Below, piece after piece: positions 25,401 to 36,150 of a DNA stretch of 64,000 bases. The stretch lies in the NCBI RefSeq assembly GCF_009914755.1, contig NC_060927.1; one strand, given 5' to 3'. The stretch's first letter is position 1; every line of letters begins with the position of its first letter. The notes under the pieces are model-generated. The model was not told the origin of the DNA. It saw only the letters and a program-made list of their open reading frames with translations, and searched no databases. Origin of the DNA: the human T2T-CHM13v2.0 reference genome, Homo sapiens. The translations under genes were made by a program, and so were the position numbers.

Positions 25401-28400
25401 GAGTCTGCCAAAGAGAGATTCTCCCTCTACCAGCACCAGGGGGGACTGGGTAGCCAGGTATGGGAACAGGGGCTGTTCCAGGGTGGGACAGGGGTCTCTG
25501 CCTAGCCCGAGGGGCCCCCACAGGGAGGGGCTTCTTCTGGGGTGGGAGTAGAGGCATCTCTGGCCCCAGAGGCCCAGGGGAAAGAGTCAATGAGCAGATG
25601 CTCCCTGGTGCACATCTGAAAGAGCCTGCAGCCCGGCAGACAGCCTGGCAGATACAGACACACACATGGGCCCCCACAGCCTTCCAGCCACATACCCTAC
25701 TAGAAGCTTCAGCCTCCTCCCAGCACTGTCCCTTCACCACCCACACCTGGTCCAGCCCCTGCTACCTCCCCCTTTAGGCCTCTTCAGCTCTCACTTCTAG
25801 TCTGGACCCCTTCCACTCCAAACTTAATCTATGGGTGTTTCCTAAGAAAATCAGTCATATGAACCTGGCGCGGCTGCTCTCGTCCTCTCAGTCCTGGCCT
25901 GGTTTCCATTGCCACACAGGAAGCCCACACCCCTATGGCCTAGCACTAGAGGCCCATCCCAGCGGGCTGCAGTGTGCTCTCTGCCCCAGGGTGTTCTCTG
26001 CCCCTACCTGGCCCTCGGTAAATCTGTTTACACATCTGTCTGCTCCCCTAGATAGGGGATTCAGAAGCATAAGCTTACCCTTGGTTGTGGCTTTATTTGC
26101 CAGTGATGGATGGGGACTGTGAGAAGTGGCTTGGCTGTGGGCTGCAGCCAAAGTGAGAATAGAGGGTTGTGAGGGCCTAATGCCAACAACTGAGTGCCAG
26201 GCTGAGGAGGATGGGCTTTTCCTAAAGACCCTGGAAGCCTCTGGAGGTTTTAGGCATGTGAGATGGGACAAAGCAGATGTTTTGGAAAGTTTCCTGGGCA
26301 GAATGTGGGAGGGTGGGCTGAAGGAAGAGACCTGGCAGAGGAGGCAGGAGCCAGAGGCATCGTAAGGTAGATTTGCCCATTTTCAGGGTGTGACACAGAG
26401 ACGAGAAAAGTGGAGCCTTAGAATGGGGTTTGTGGAGGTGATAATCTTGGGTAGTGAAGTGTTGGTGTATGCAGGCCATATAGGGGTGTGGGTGGGATCA
26501 GGACTCTAGGCTGGCAGGGAGGGCAGGTCAGAGAGGCAGGGTGGTCCTGGCTGCAGGCACAGAGGTCCCATGGGCTGGCCATGTGAGACCAGGCCATGAT
26601 AGGCACTCATGATGCGTGGCCAAAATAAGAAAAGAGACAACAGAGTGAGGGGTTCAAAAGGCTAAATTTATTCCATAAAAGGCCCACCCTGAAATTTTGA
26701 GGGCACACTATAATTTTTATTATGACATATGGTGGATGTAGGTGGGAGGTTTTTAGGTAGTTACTTGGCAAGGTAAAAAGTAAGAATCCTATAGGAGTCA
26801 CTTCCCAGTATATATTGGAATTTGGGTGGTCCATGAAACCCAAGGGCATGGGGCATTCTGGGAAGGCTAGGAGCGAGAGAAAAAGGGAGAAGACAGAGTG
26901 AACTACCAGGCAATGTGGACCTTCAGGCAATGCAGAGTGTCTAGGGTAGGCAAGGAGGACCCCATGGTAGGCACTGTTAGGGAACCTTGACCAGGAAGCC
27001 ATGCTGCTGGAGGTAGGGCTGGATAGGACTTACGGGTGCACTGGTGGCTCCAGAGAACAGCAGGTTGACCGAGGGACATGGAGGGAGCTGGGGACCAGGC
27101 CAAGAGCACAGCCCAGAGGGTTTGGCAGAGGGCAGTGCAGGGCACTAGAGGAAGAGGGTGGGCAGGCAGCTGAGGAGCCTTCCACTTTAGAGAGGACTAG
27201 GGCAGGATGCAGAATGACTCAGAGCCTGCCACGATTGGCATACAATCTACATGTGTCCCTTCCCATGATCCTCTAGGGAGCCTGGCGGGCCCAGGACCCT
27301 CTCCACTCCATGCCTCCTGTTCATACTCCACTGATCTCAACCCCTGTCAGCTGCTAGGCCCCAAACCCAGAGCCACAGCTGTACTCTTCTTACCTCAATG
27401 TGAGGCAGAGGGTGGCAGGCCCATTGGAGATGTGCAGGGGTTCTCAAAGCCATGTGCTGGGCCAGTACAGGACATTGGCATGAAGGGAATCTGCCCGTAC
27501 CCTCCTGCTTCCCAAAGCTCTGGGAAAGAGAAGGGCTGTAAAATAATCACAGATCTTCCCTCTATGGCAAAGAAACCAAGGCCTATGGGTGGGCAGGGTA
27601 GGCCTCCAGGCTGCCTGGTAAATCAGGGCACCAGCAAGATGGAACCCAGCTCCTTCCCCAGCCCAGGCCTGGGTTCTGCCACCCCACACCCCATCAAGTC
27701 ACCACACCTTGGGTCTCAGTGCTGCCCACCCTTCCCTCTGTCTCAGGTGTCGGCGTTGCCACCCAACAGCCTGGTCCGCAAGGTGAAGCGGACACTGCCC
27801 AGCCCCCCTCCAGAGGAGGCTCACCTTCCCCTGGCTGGCCAGGCCTCCCCACAGCTGTATGCAGCCAGCCTGCTGCAGCGAGGGCTGACGGGGCCCACCA
27901 CTGTCCCTGCTACCAAGGCCAGCCTGCTCCGGGAGCTGGACCGGGACCTGCGGCTGGTGGAGCATGAGTCCACCAAACTGCGCAAGAAGCAGGCAGAGCT
28001 GGATGAGGAGGAGAAGGAGATTGACGCCAAGCTCAAGTACCTGGAGTTGGGTATCACACAACGCAAAGAGTCTTTGGCCAAAGACCGGGGTGGCCGTGAC
28101 TACCCACCCTTGCGTGGTCTTGGCGAGCATCGTGACTACCTATCGGACAGTGAGCTCAACCAGCTGCGGCTCCAGGGCTGCACCACTCCCGCTGGCCAGT
28201 TTGTGGACTTCCCTGCCACTGCCGCTGCTCCTGCCACCCCCTCTGGTCCCACTGCCTTCCAGCAGCCCCGCTTCCAGCCTCCAGCCCCACAGTATTCTGC
28301 AGGCAGTGGTGGGCCAACTCAGAACGGATTCCCAGCCCACCAGGCCCCCACCTACCCTGGCCCCAGCACGTACCCAGCTCCTGCCTTTCCTCCTGGTGCC

Positions 28401-31400
28401 AGTTACCCAGCTGAGCCTGGCCTGCCAAACCAGCAGGCTTTCCGCCCCACAGGCCACTATGCAGGCCAAACACCCATGCCAACCACACAGAGCACCCTTT
28501 TTCCAGTCCCCGCTGATAGCCGTGCCCCACTGCAGAAGCCACGCCAGACATCGCTAGCCGACTTGGAGCAGAAGGTGCCCACCAACTATGAGGTGATCGC
28601 CAGCCCCGTTGTGCCCATGTCTTCAGCCCCATCTGAAACCAGCTACAGTGGCCCAGCAGTGAGCAGCGGCTATGAGCAGGGCAAGGTCCCTGAGGTGCCC
28701 CGGGCTGGTGACCGTGGCAGTGTGAGCCAGAGCCCAGCCCCCACCTACCCCTCTGACTCACACTATACCAGTCTGGAGCAGAACGTTCCTCGAAACTACG
28801 TAATGATTGATGACATCAGTGAACTGACCAAGGACAGCACCTCTACTGCTCCTGATAGCCAACGGCTGGAGCCCCTGGGGCCAGGCAGCAGTGGGCGTCC
28901 AGGGAAGGAGCCTGGAGAACCAGGTGTCCTTGACGGGCCCACACTGCCCTGCTGCTATGCCAGAGGAGAAGAGGAATCTGAGGAGGACTCATACGATCCC
29001 CGCGGGAAGGGTGGCCACCTCCGGAGCATGGAGAGCAATGGTCGACCAGCCAGTACCCACTACTATGGTGACAGTGACTACAGGCATGGGGCTCGAGTAG
29101 AGAAGTATGGTCCAGGGCCCATGGGGCCCAAGCATCCCTCCAAGAGCCTGGCTCCAGCTGCCATCTCCTCAAAGCGCAGCAAGCACCGGAAGCAGGGCAT
29201 GGAGCAAAAGATATCCAAGTTCTCGCCTATTGAAGAGGCCAAAGACGTAGAGTCAGACCTGGCGTCCTACCCCCCACCTGCAGTCAGCAGCAGCCTGGTC
29301 TCTCGGGGCAGGAAGTTCCAGGATGAAATCACCTATGGGCTCAAGAAGAACGTGTATGAGCAGCAAAAATACTATGGGATGTCCAGCCGGGACGCAGTGG
29401 AGGACGACCGCATTTATGGCGGGAGCAGCCGGTCCCGGGCACCTTCTGCATACAGTGGGGAGAAGCTGTCCAGCCACGACTTCAGTGGCTGGGGCAAGGG
29501 GTACGAAAGGGAACGGGAGGCTGTGGAGCGACTTCAAAAAGCGGGCCCCAAGCCCTCATCCCTAAGTATGGCCCACAGCCGGGTACGACCCCCCATGCGG
29601 AGCCAGGCCTCTGAAGAGGAGAGCCCCGTCAGTCCTTTGGGGAGGCCCCGCCCTGCCGGAGGGCCCCTCCCTCCCGGCGGGGATACCTGCCCACAGTTCT
29701 GCTCCAGCCACTCCATGCCTGATGTCCAGGAACATGTCAAGGACGGACCTCGGGCCCACGCATATAAGCGTGAGGAGGGCTACATCCTGGATGATTCCCA
29801 TTGCGTGGTTTCCGACAGCGAAGGTAATGGCAGCCAGGGGTGATTTCTGCGGATACTCAGCAGCTGGGGGGCCTGCCTACCTGTGGGGCCCTGGGCCCTA
29901 AGATGTCCCAGCAGGGTCTGGTCTGGCGCCTCATCTGGTGGGCCCTGCTGCAGGCAGGCTGCCCTTGCCTGCTCCATCTGTGCCCTGGTCCGTGGTTGCG
30001 GGAGGGTGGGCTGGGGGCCTGCTGATCTGCTTGTGGCTGTGGCACCCACTCTCTTGGTTTCTTTGCATGGCTTCAGCTAGGCCTCCCCCTGCGGCTAGCC
30101 CGGGGGTTGATGGTATTCTGTTTTTGGTCTCTGAAGCGTATCACCTGGGCCAGGAGGAGACGGACTGGTTTGATAAGCCCCGGGATGCCCGCTCTGACCG
30201 GTTCAGGCACCACGGGGGCCATGCAGTTTCCTCCTCCTCCCAGAAGCGAGGCCCTGCCAGGCACAGCTACCATGACTACGATGAACCCCCTGAGGAGGGC
30301 CTGTGGCCTCATGATGAGGGTGGCCCAGGCCGCCATGCCTCAGCCAAGGAACACCGGCACGGTGACCACGGGCGGCACTCAGGCCGCCACACTGGTGAGG
30401 AGCCGGGACGGCGTGCTGCCAAACCACACGCTCGGGACCTGGGTCGCCATGAGGCCCGGCCCCACTCTCAGCCCAGCTCTGCTCCAGCTATGCCGAAGAA
30501 GGGTCAGCCTGGGTATCCCAGCTCTGCTGAGTACTCACAGCCATCCCGTGCTTCATCCGCATACCATCATGCCTCTGACAGCAAGAAGGGCTCCCGGCAA
30601 GCCCACTCCGGGCCCGCTGCACTGCAGTCAAAGGCAGAACCCCAGGCGCAGCCGCAGCTGCAAGGTCGGCAGGCAGCTCCAGGACCACAGCAGTCACAGT
30701 CACCATCATCCAGGCAAATACCCTCTGGGGCAGCATCACGCCAGCCACAGACACAGCAGCAGCAGCAAGGTCTTGGGCTGCAGCCCCCACAGCAGGCTCT
30801 GACACAGGCTCGGCTGCAGCAACAGAGCCAGCCAACCACCCGGGGCTCAGCCCCTGCTGCCAGCCAGCCTGCAGGGAAGCCTCAGCCAGGCCCCAGCACA
30901 GCCACAGGTCCTCAACCAGCAGGACCGGTAAGCAGAGCTCCCATGCATGGGTTGTAACCAGGGAAGATGCTATGAATGAAGCTTGGACATCCCCTTGGTT
31001 CCAGGCTGGGCATGGGCAGAATCTTAGCTATAGGTTCTGTGTTGCAGCCACGGGCAGAACAGACAAATGGCTCTAAAGGGACAGCCAAAGCACCGCAACA
31101 GGGGAGGGCTCCTCAGGCCCAGCCAACACCAGGACCTGGACCTGCAGGTGAGCCTATCCTTTGACACCCTTGGCTGTGGCCCAGAGCACCCAGGCTGTTC
31201 TCTCTCTATACCACCTGTGCCCTGAGCTCCCCCACACTGCATGCCCTCACTAATCCCTGAGAAGGTGCCCCAGGGGCTGTAGACCTCCCCAGCAGAAAAC
31301 AAGCCTGGGGTTAGAATAAGCCAATGAGGTCACCAGCACAGGGGCTTTAGGGCCCAAGCAGCTTTGGGCAGAGAAGCAGGAAGGCACTGGTGAGCACAGG

Positions 31401-32100
31401 GTGGGGACCATGGCTTCTTGCTCCCTCCTTCCTTCCCCTTTCCTGCTCTTCTCTGCCTTTTTTTCCCTTTCTTCTTCTTTCCCTTCCTCAACCTCCTTTT
31501 TTCTGCCTTCTCCCACCCCTTGTCTTCCTGTTCTTACCTTCTTCTCTTTATTTCCCTAGCCTCCTTCTCACCTTCCCACCTTATAGGGTACCTGTGTTCA
31601 GATTCTCTCGTGGGTACTTGCCCTCTTAGACCCTAAAGAGCCAGGCCGTGCATAGCTCATTATGGCGATTTCTTTCCTCCTAGGTGTGAAGGCTGGAGCC
31701 AGGCCTGGAGGAACCCCAGGGGCTCCCGCCGGCCAGCCAGGTGCCGATGGGGAGAGCGTGTTCTCCAAGATCCTCCCTGGCGGGGCAGCCGAGCAAGCTG
31801 GCAAACTGACGGAAGGTATGCACTGCCTGCAACTGGTCTGTGGTGGGTGGCTACTCTGGTACAGGCTGGGTCTGTGAGATGATTCCAGACTCAGTCACCC
31901 AGGCAGAGGCCAGCCAGAGAGCCCACCTGCTGATGCCCAGTTGTTCTCCGGGCAATCTCTGCCCCTTGGGCTGAGCTTGCCTTCACTATGCCAAGTGGCC
32001 CTGACTGGGAGGGGTCTGGCCCAATTTCCTGATGGCTCTCTCCTCTTTCTTTGTCACAGCTGTCTCTGCTTTTGGCAAAAAATTTTCCTCATTCTGGTGA
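9529..32100 (+). CDS. BSN: Bassoon presynaptic cytomatrix protein, 5'-partial (exons 3-10): join(9529-10413,17873-18340,18804-25457,27747-29823,30137-30927,31048-31147,31684-31815,32060-32100)
   Basis: Piccolo-type zinc fingers (EWLCLNCQ), coiled coils, RTLPSPP motif and C-terminus AVSAFGKKFSSFW*. All junctions are GT-AG and the frame is continuous. Exons 1-2 lie upstream of the window. Confidence 0.98.
17873..18340 (+). CDS. BSN: BSN exon 4 (468 nt, phase 0-0): end of zinc finger 2 and KASP heptads
   Basis: ttgcag|AAAACAGAGTGG (KTEWLCLNCQTKR)...KGGEAE|gtcagt. Confidence 0.97.
18804..25457 (+). CDS. BSN: BSN giant exon 5 (6,654 nt, phase 0-0)
   Basis: ctgcag|GACCTG (DLVGKPYSQ)...GGLGSQ|gtatgg; lies within the 2,294-aa ORF 18621-25505. 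Confidence 0.97.
27747..29823 (+). CDS. BSN: BSN exon 6 (2,077 nt): RTLPSPP motif and coiled coil 3
   Basis: tctcag|GTGTCG (VSALPP)...VVSDSE G|gtaatg. Confidence 0.96.
30137..30927 (+). CDS. BSN: BSN exon 7 (791 nt): His/Arg-rich then Gln/Pro-rich
   Basis: ctgaag|CGTATCAC (AYHLGQEETDWF)...PAGP|gtaagc. Confidence 0.95.
31048..31147 (+). CDS. BSN: BSN exon 8 (100 nt)
   Basis: ttgcag|CCACGG (PRAEQTNG)...PGPA G|gtgagc. Confidence 0.94.
31684..31815 (+). CDS. BSN: BSN exon 9 (132 nt)
   Basis: tcctag|GTGTGAAG (GVKAGARP...ESVFSKILPGGAAEQAGKLTE)|gtatgc. Confidence 0.95.
32060..32100 (+). CDS. BSN: BSN exon 10, coding part (exon continues to 32114)
   Basis: tcacag|CTGTCTCT...TGGTGA = AVSAFGKKFSSFW*; strong donor ATG|gtgagt 14 nt after the stop. 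Confidence 0.95.
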
Positions 32101-32489
32101 CCATGCCCAGCATGGTGAGTACAAGCAGCCTGTACCTTGCCTCTTCTGGGAAAGGCCCGAGGCACTGGGGGTGGGGGTGGGGCTCTAAGTCCGAAGGGGT
32201 CCTCTGGGAGGAGTCCAGTCTTCGGCTGGTTCAGTACCCAGAGCTGCAATGTTCCCTTCTCTGAATGTGGGAGGAGAAAAAGGAGGGACACTGTGCACAG
32301 AGCCCCTACCATGGGGCCAACACAGTAGGGGTCCCCAGCAAAGGAGGGGCCAAAGCCAGGGCCAGTGCCCTGGCTTTCAAACCATCTGCCATCCCCTGCA
32401 GGGCTCTCACAGCACTGGGCTGGCACTGGGTTGTAGGTAGGCCTCCAGGGATGCAACTCCTCTCCAGCCCTCCTCTAAATGCTCCACAG

Positions 32490-32579
32490 GCTCTTGAAGA
32501 AATGAAGAGAGGTATCATTGCTGTGGAAAAATCTCTGGAGTCAGAGGCCTGGGCGCAGCTCTGGACTCTGCGTATAACA
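32490..32579 (+). other. BSN: BSN non-coding exon 11 (3'UTR, 90 nt)
   Basis: ctccacag|GCTC acceptor with branch-like ctctaaat upstream; donor ACA|gtgagt; fits my recollection of a 12-exon BSN model. Confidence 0.75.
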
Positions 32580-33229
32580 GTGAGTGTCAGGATCAGGGTG
32601 AGATGGGCCGGAGGAGGGGTGAAGGGCCAAGGCCTGGCTGATGACAGCTAGCCAGTTCTGACAAGTGTGAACTGGGAAGGGCCTGTTGGGTTTCCTTCAG
32701 CTGCGATGGGCCCAGCAGCCCTCTACCCCGCAGAGGCAGGGGCCACAGAGCTGCCTGAGATGGTGCCAGACAAGTCAGGTGGCACCCTTGGAGAAGAGCC
32801 CAGCACGGCTAACTGCACCTCACAACTTGAAGTCTATGTGCTGGGCACTGAGTTCAAAGTCATCCTGAAGGACCTGGTAGTCTGTGGCACCTGTAGGGGA
32901 ACATGCTTCTTCCCTGATGTCTGCTGCTGGTGCCTTTGCTCCAGCCACTTGGAAGAGATTAGAGTCCCCAAACCCCACAGAGTCACATCTGCAGCTCTGG
33001 GAATGAAGTCAAAACACTCCTGGCTTCACAGGCTGAGCTTGTGGCCCACAGGATAGAAGAGTGGAAGGAGTAGAGAGGCAGACAGGAAGGGACATAGAGG
33101 AAAGGGAGTCTCAGCCCCAGACTAAGTCAGCTCAGGGAGAGGGCAGAAGGGCCTCAGGATGGGAGCCCTCACCCTGTCTGGGCTGCAGTGGCCAAGGCAG
33201 GTTGGGACACCACTTCCTGGAGCCTGTCC

Positions 33230-33262
33230 TGGCCCTGGCCCTGGCCCTGGCCTTGGCCCTGC
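33230..33262. repeat. Short (GGCCCT)n hexamer repeat
   Basis: ggccctggccctggccctggccttggccctg. Confidence 0.8.
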
Positions 33263-33614
33263 CTCTGTGGGAGGAGGAGGAAGTGCATCATCCTGGGTGG
33301 GAGGAGAATCACCTGGCTGTTGGTACAGCTCTGTGCACAGCCAGGACCACTGACCATCATCCCATAGCCCTCGGACCCTCCTCTTCTCCCTCCTTGCCCC
33401 TTCAGGGTGCTTCTCACGGTGCACAAGCATGTATGTGTTATCCATGGCGGGGCCTGGCGGTCAGTGAGCAGGTCACTTCAAGGGAGCCCTGGGGCTGGCA
33501 GATGCTGGGCCCGGGCCAGCACTGGTTGTGGGAGGGAAGGAGCTAGGTGTGATACCTCACAGGCTACCTTTCTCTGGAAAAGCAGTGGGGCCCTGGAAAG
33601 GCCCAGGCTTCCGT

Positions 33615-34110
33615 CCATTTATTCAACAAATGTTTGTCAAGCCCCAGGTATGTGCCAGGCACTCTTCCAGGATCTGGGGATATGGCAGAGAACAAAACCA
33701 AGTCCCTGCCCTCTGAAGCTGACAATCCATTAAAGGAGATAGAGAATAAATAAGTTTAAAAATAAAATTCAATTAAAAAGGTACTTTCTGAAAGTGATGA
33801 GTGTTATAAAGCCAGAGAAGCAGAGCTATGGAAGCAGTGGGGTCTGCTCTAGACAAAGTGCTCAGAGCAGAAGATATGTGAGGGAAGCTTGAGGGAGGAG
33901 GACGGCTGCGGTGGGATGAAAAAAGGGGAGGGAACAGCACTGACGGATGATCGGATGCTGGGATGGGACCAGGGACAGGGCAAAGGCCAGTATAGCCAGG
34001 GCCACAGTGGAGGGGAGAGGTGGTCAGGGGTAAAGTCCAAGGGGGTGGGAGCCAGCTGGGGTGGGTTGTGCAGGCCAAGTAAGGAGCCTGGAATTTATTC
34101 TAATTACAGT
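33615..34110 (-). mobile_element. L2 3'-end fragment
   Basis: catttattcaacaaatgtttg...tatgtgccaggcact...ccctgccctctgaagctgaca is a typical reversed L2 terminus. Confidence 0.7.
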
Positions 34111-36144
34111 AGCCATAGTGCAGCCCTTAGCGTTCTTCCTGCCTTCACCCTCCCACAGCGGGCTTCCTGCGGCTTCCCGCTCAGCTGATGTTTCCTTGGA
34201 GTTGCCCTGGAACAGATGTGAAATCACAAGTGGTGCTGAAAGTGGGGGAAGGAGGGACAGCCCATGGCCTGGATTCATGACAGTACCTACCTTGGGTTTG
34301 GGGCCAGGGTATGGCTCCTGAGCAGGGAAAGGAAGCACAGACACAGCTTTGTTCTGCGTCCTGCCACATGGTGTGGTTGGGCCACTGAGACCACTGACTT
34401 TATAGTTAAAGAAATCTCCCTTGAGTTCTAGCATTCGGCTAATGATTGGGTCAAGTGGACAGTGCTGCCGTGAGTATCCCTCTCCTGAAATTCTTTACGG
34501 CAATTTCAGAGATGGGCTTGGAGAGGTTTGCCATTTCAAACCAAATCCCTTCTCCAACACTCTTAAGCCAAAAAAAAAAAAAAAAAGGAACTTTTGTTAC
34601 ATTAAAAGAAGTGTCCCTTCCTGGCTGACCTGATTCTTCTTTCTTGCTGTCCTCTCTGTGACCTCCAACCTGCCCAAGCACCCATCTCCCCAAGCCTGAG
34701 TGGCATGGCACCCCGTGGGTGAGGAGGTGGCCGCTAGCACAGGCAGATGGCTGAGAGGAATGTGAGGGTGAGAAGCAGCTATCTACAATTCTTGACAGAA
34801 TCCTTTCTTTTCTCCTTTCCTTCCTCCCTCCCTCCTTTTCTCTTTCAAGCATCTACAATCTGGCAAACCCTTGGCCCAAAGACTCACCAGGTGGGACGTG
34901 GCAGGCAGGCCTCAGTTGAGGACGTGATGTTTTCTCACAGCAGCTGCCTGGGTGAAGCATCTGCTGGACAAGTCGGACCACTGGCCAGGGGACCTTTGAT
35001 TGTCTTTCCAGAGATGCTGCTCTCTGCAGGGCACCACCTTCAAGGCACAGCCCTTGTTGGGAGGGAGAACCCTCTCCAGAAACCCTGCCACCATGGTGTC
35101 TTGCCGTACTTCCCACAGCCGCCTTTTTGCGGCCTGGCCGGCCAGGCTTCCCGTGCGTTATACACAGAGTTTGGGCACACACTGCCCTCCCTCCGAGATG
35201 CCAGAAGTTTTTCCACAGCCTTGGAGAGGGGCTTTGACTGAGGGCTGGGGGCCCTGGGCTCCGTTTCCTTCACATTCCAGCTGGCCCGGATCCCTCTGTG
35301 GCACAGGGCCCTGCCCGTCACATGCCCTCTGGGTGACATCGGAGCAGACCTCCATGTGGCCAGGGGTTGGGAGAACTTTACAAACATTAGGACCTAACAC
35401 TGTCTCATCGCTGAAATAAGAGGCCATAGCACCGAAAAGCAGCGTGGGCGCCGGCTGAGGCTTCTCCCAGCCCGTGGGTGGCAGCGTGCTAGCACACTGC
35501 CACCATCTCAAAGCCATCCCCCTAGCCATCGTGAGCATCCCAGCGGCACCGCCATTGTCTCAACCAGCCGGCTCCTCGTCTGTACACCTGGGGATTTCTT
35601 TTGATTTCAAGAACAGCCTTAATCATTCCAGTTTGATTTACGTGTATACCTCATAAACATTTTTCTTTTGTTTCTCTCTCCCCCTTTCTCTCTTCTCTTG
35701 GCTCACTCCCTTGCCTCTCCCCCTCCACCACCACCTTGTGACTGATGGTTTGGTTTCCTCTCTGCTCTGCCCCTGCTCAGCACAGGGAGAATGTTGACTT
35801 AGAAGCAATAGGGGGCAGCAGGCCACCAAGAGCACAACCCCAGGGCGAGGTCTGGGGAGGCCTCCCAGCCCGCCTCTGTTTACTGTGCAATTCCAGTCGT
35901 TCTTAAGCCATCACCAGTGGGTGTACTCAGAGCAGAGGGGCCAGGACTTCTGCCAGCCAAGGGAAAGGCCCAGAGCCCTGTGCGGGGGAATGTGGCACTG
36001 TCTATCCATCCGGTGGACTGGGCAGCATTCCTCCCCAGGGCTCTTCCCTTGGGGGCCTCCTTTCATCTGGGGCACAGCCACAAGTCTCATCTCTAACGTT
36101 CTATGCAATGAAATATAAACCCTCAATGACAACTGTTAATATTT

Positions 36145-36150
36145 AATAAA
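36145..36150 (+). terminator. BSN: Candidate proximal BSN polyadenylation signal
   Basis: AATAAA within an AT-rich block (ttaatatttaataaattccatgttatgtat). Confidence 0.5.

Noticed and set aside
18552-25436. Numerous antisense and alternate-frame ORFs over BSN exon 5 (and exons 6-7)
   Set aside because: Expected shadows of GC-rich, low-complexity coding sequence; Ser/Cys/Arg-biased with no recognisable domains.
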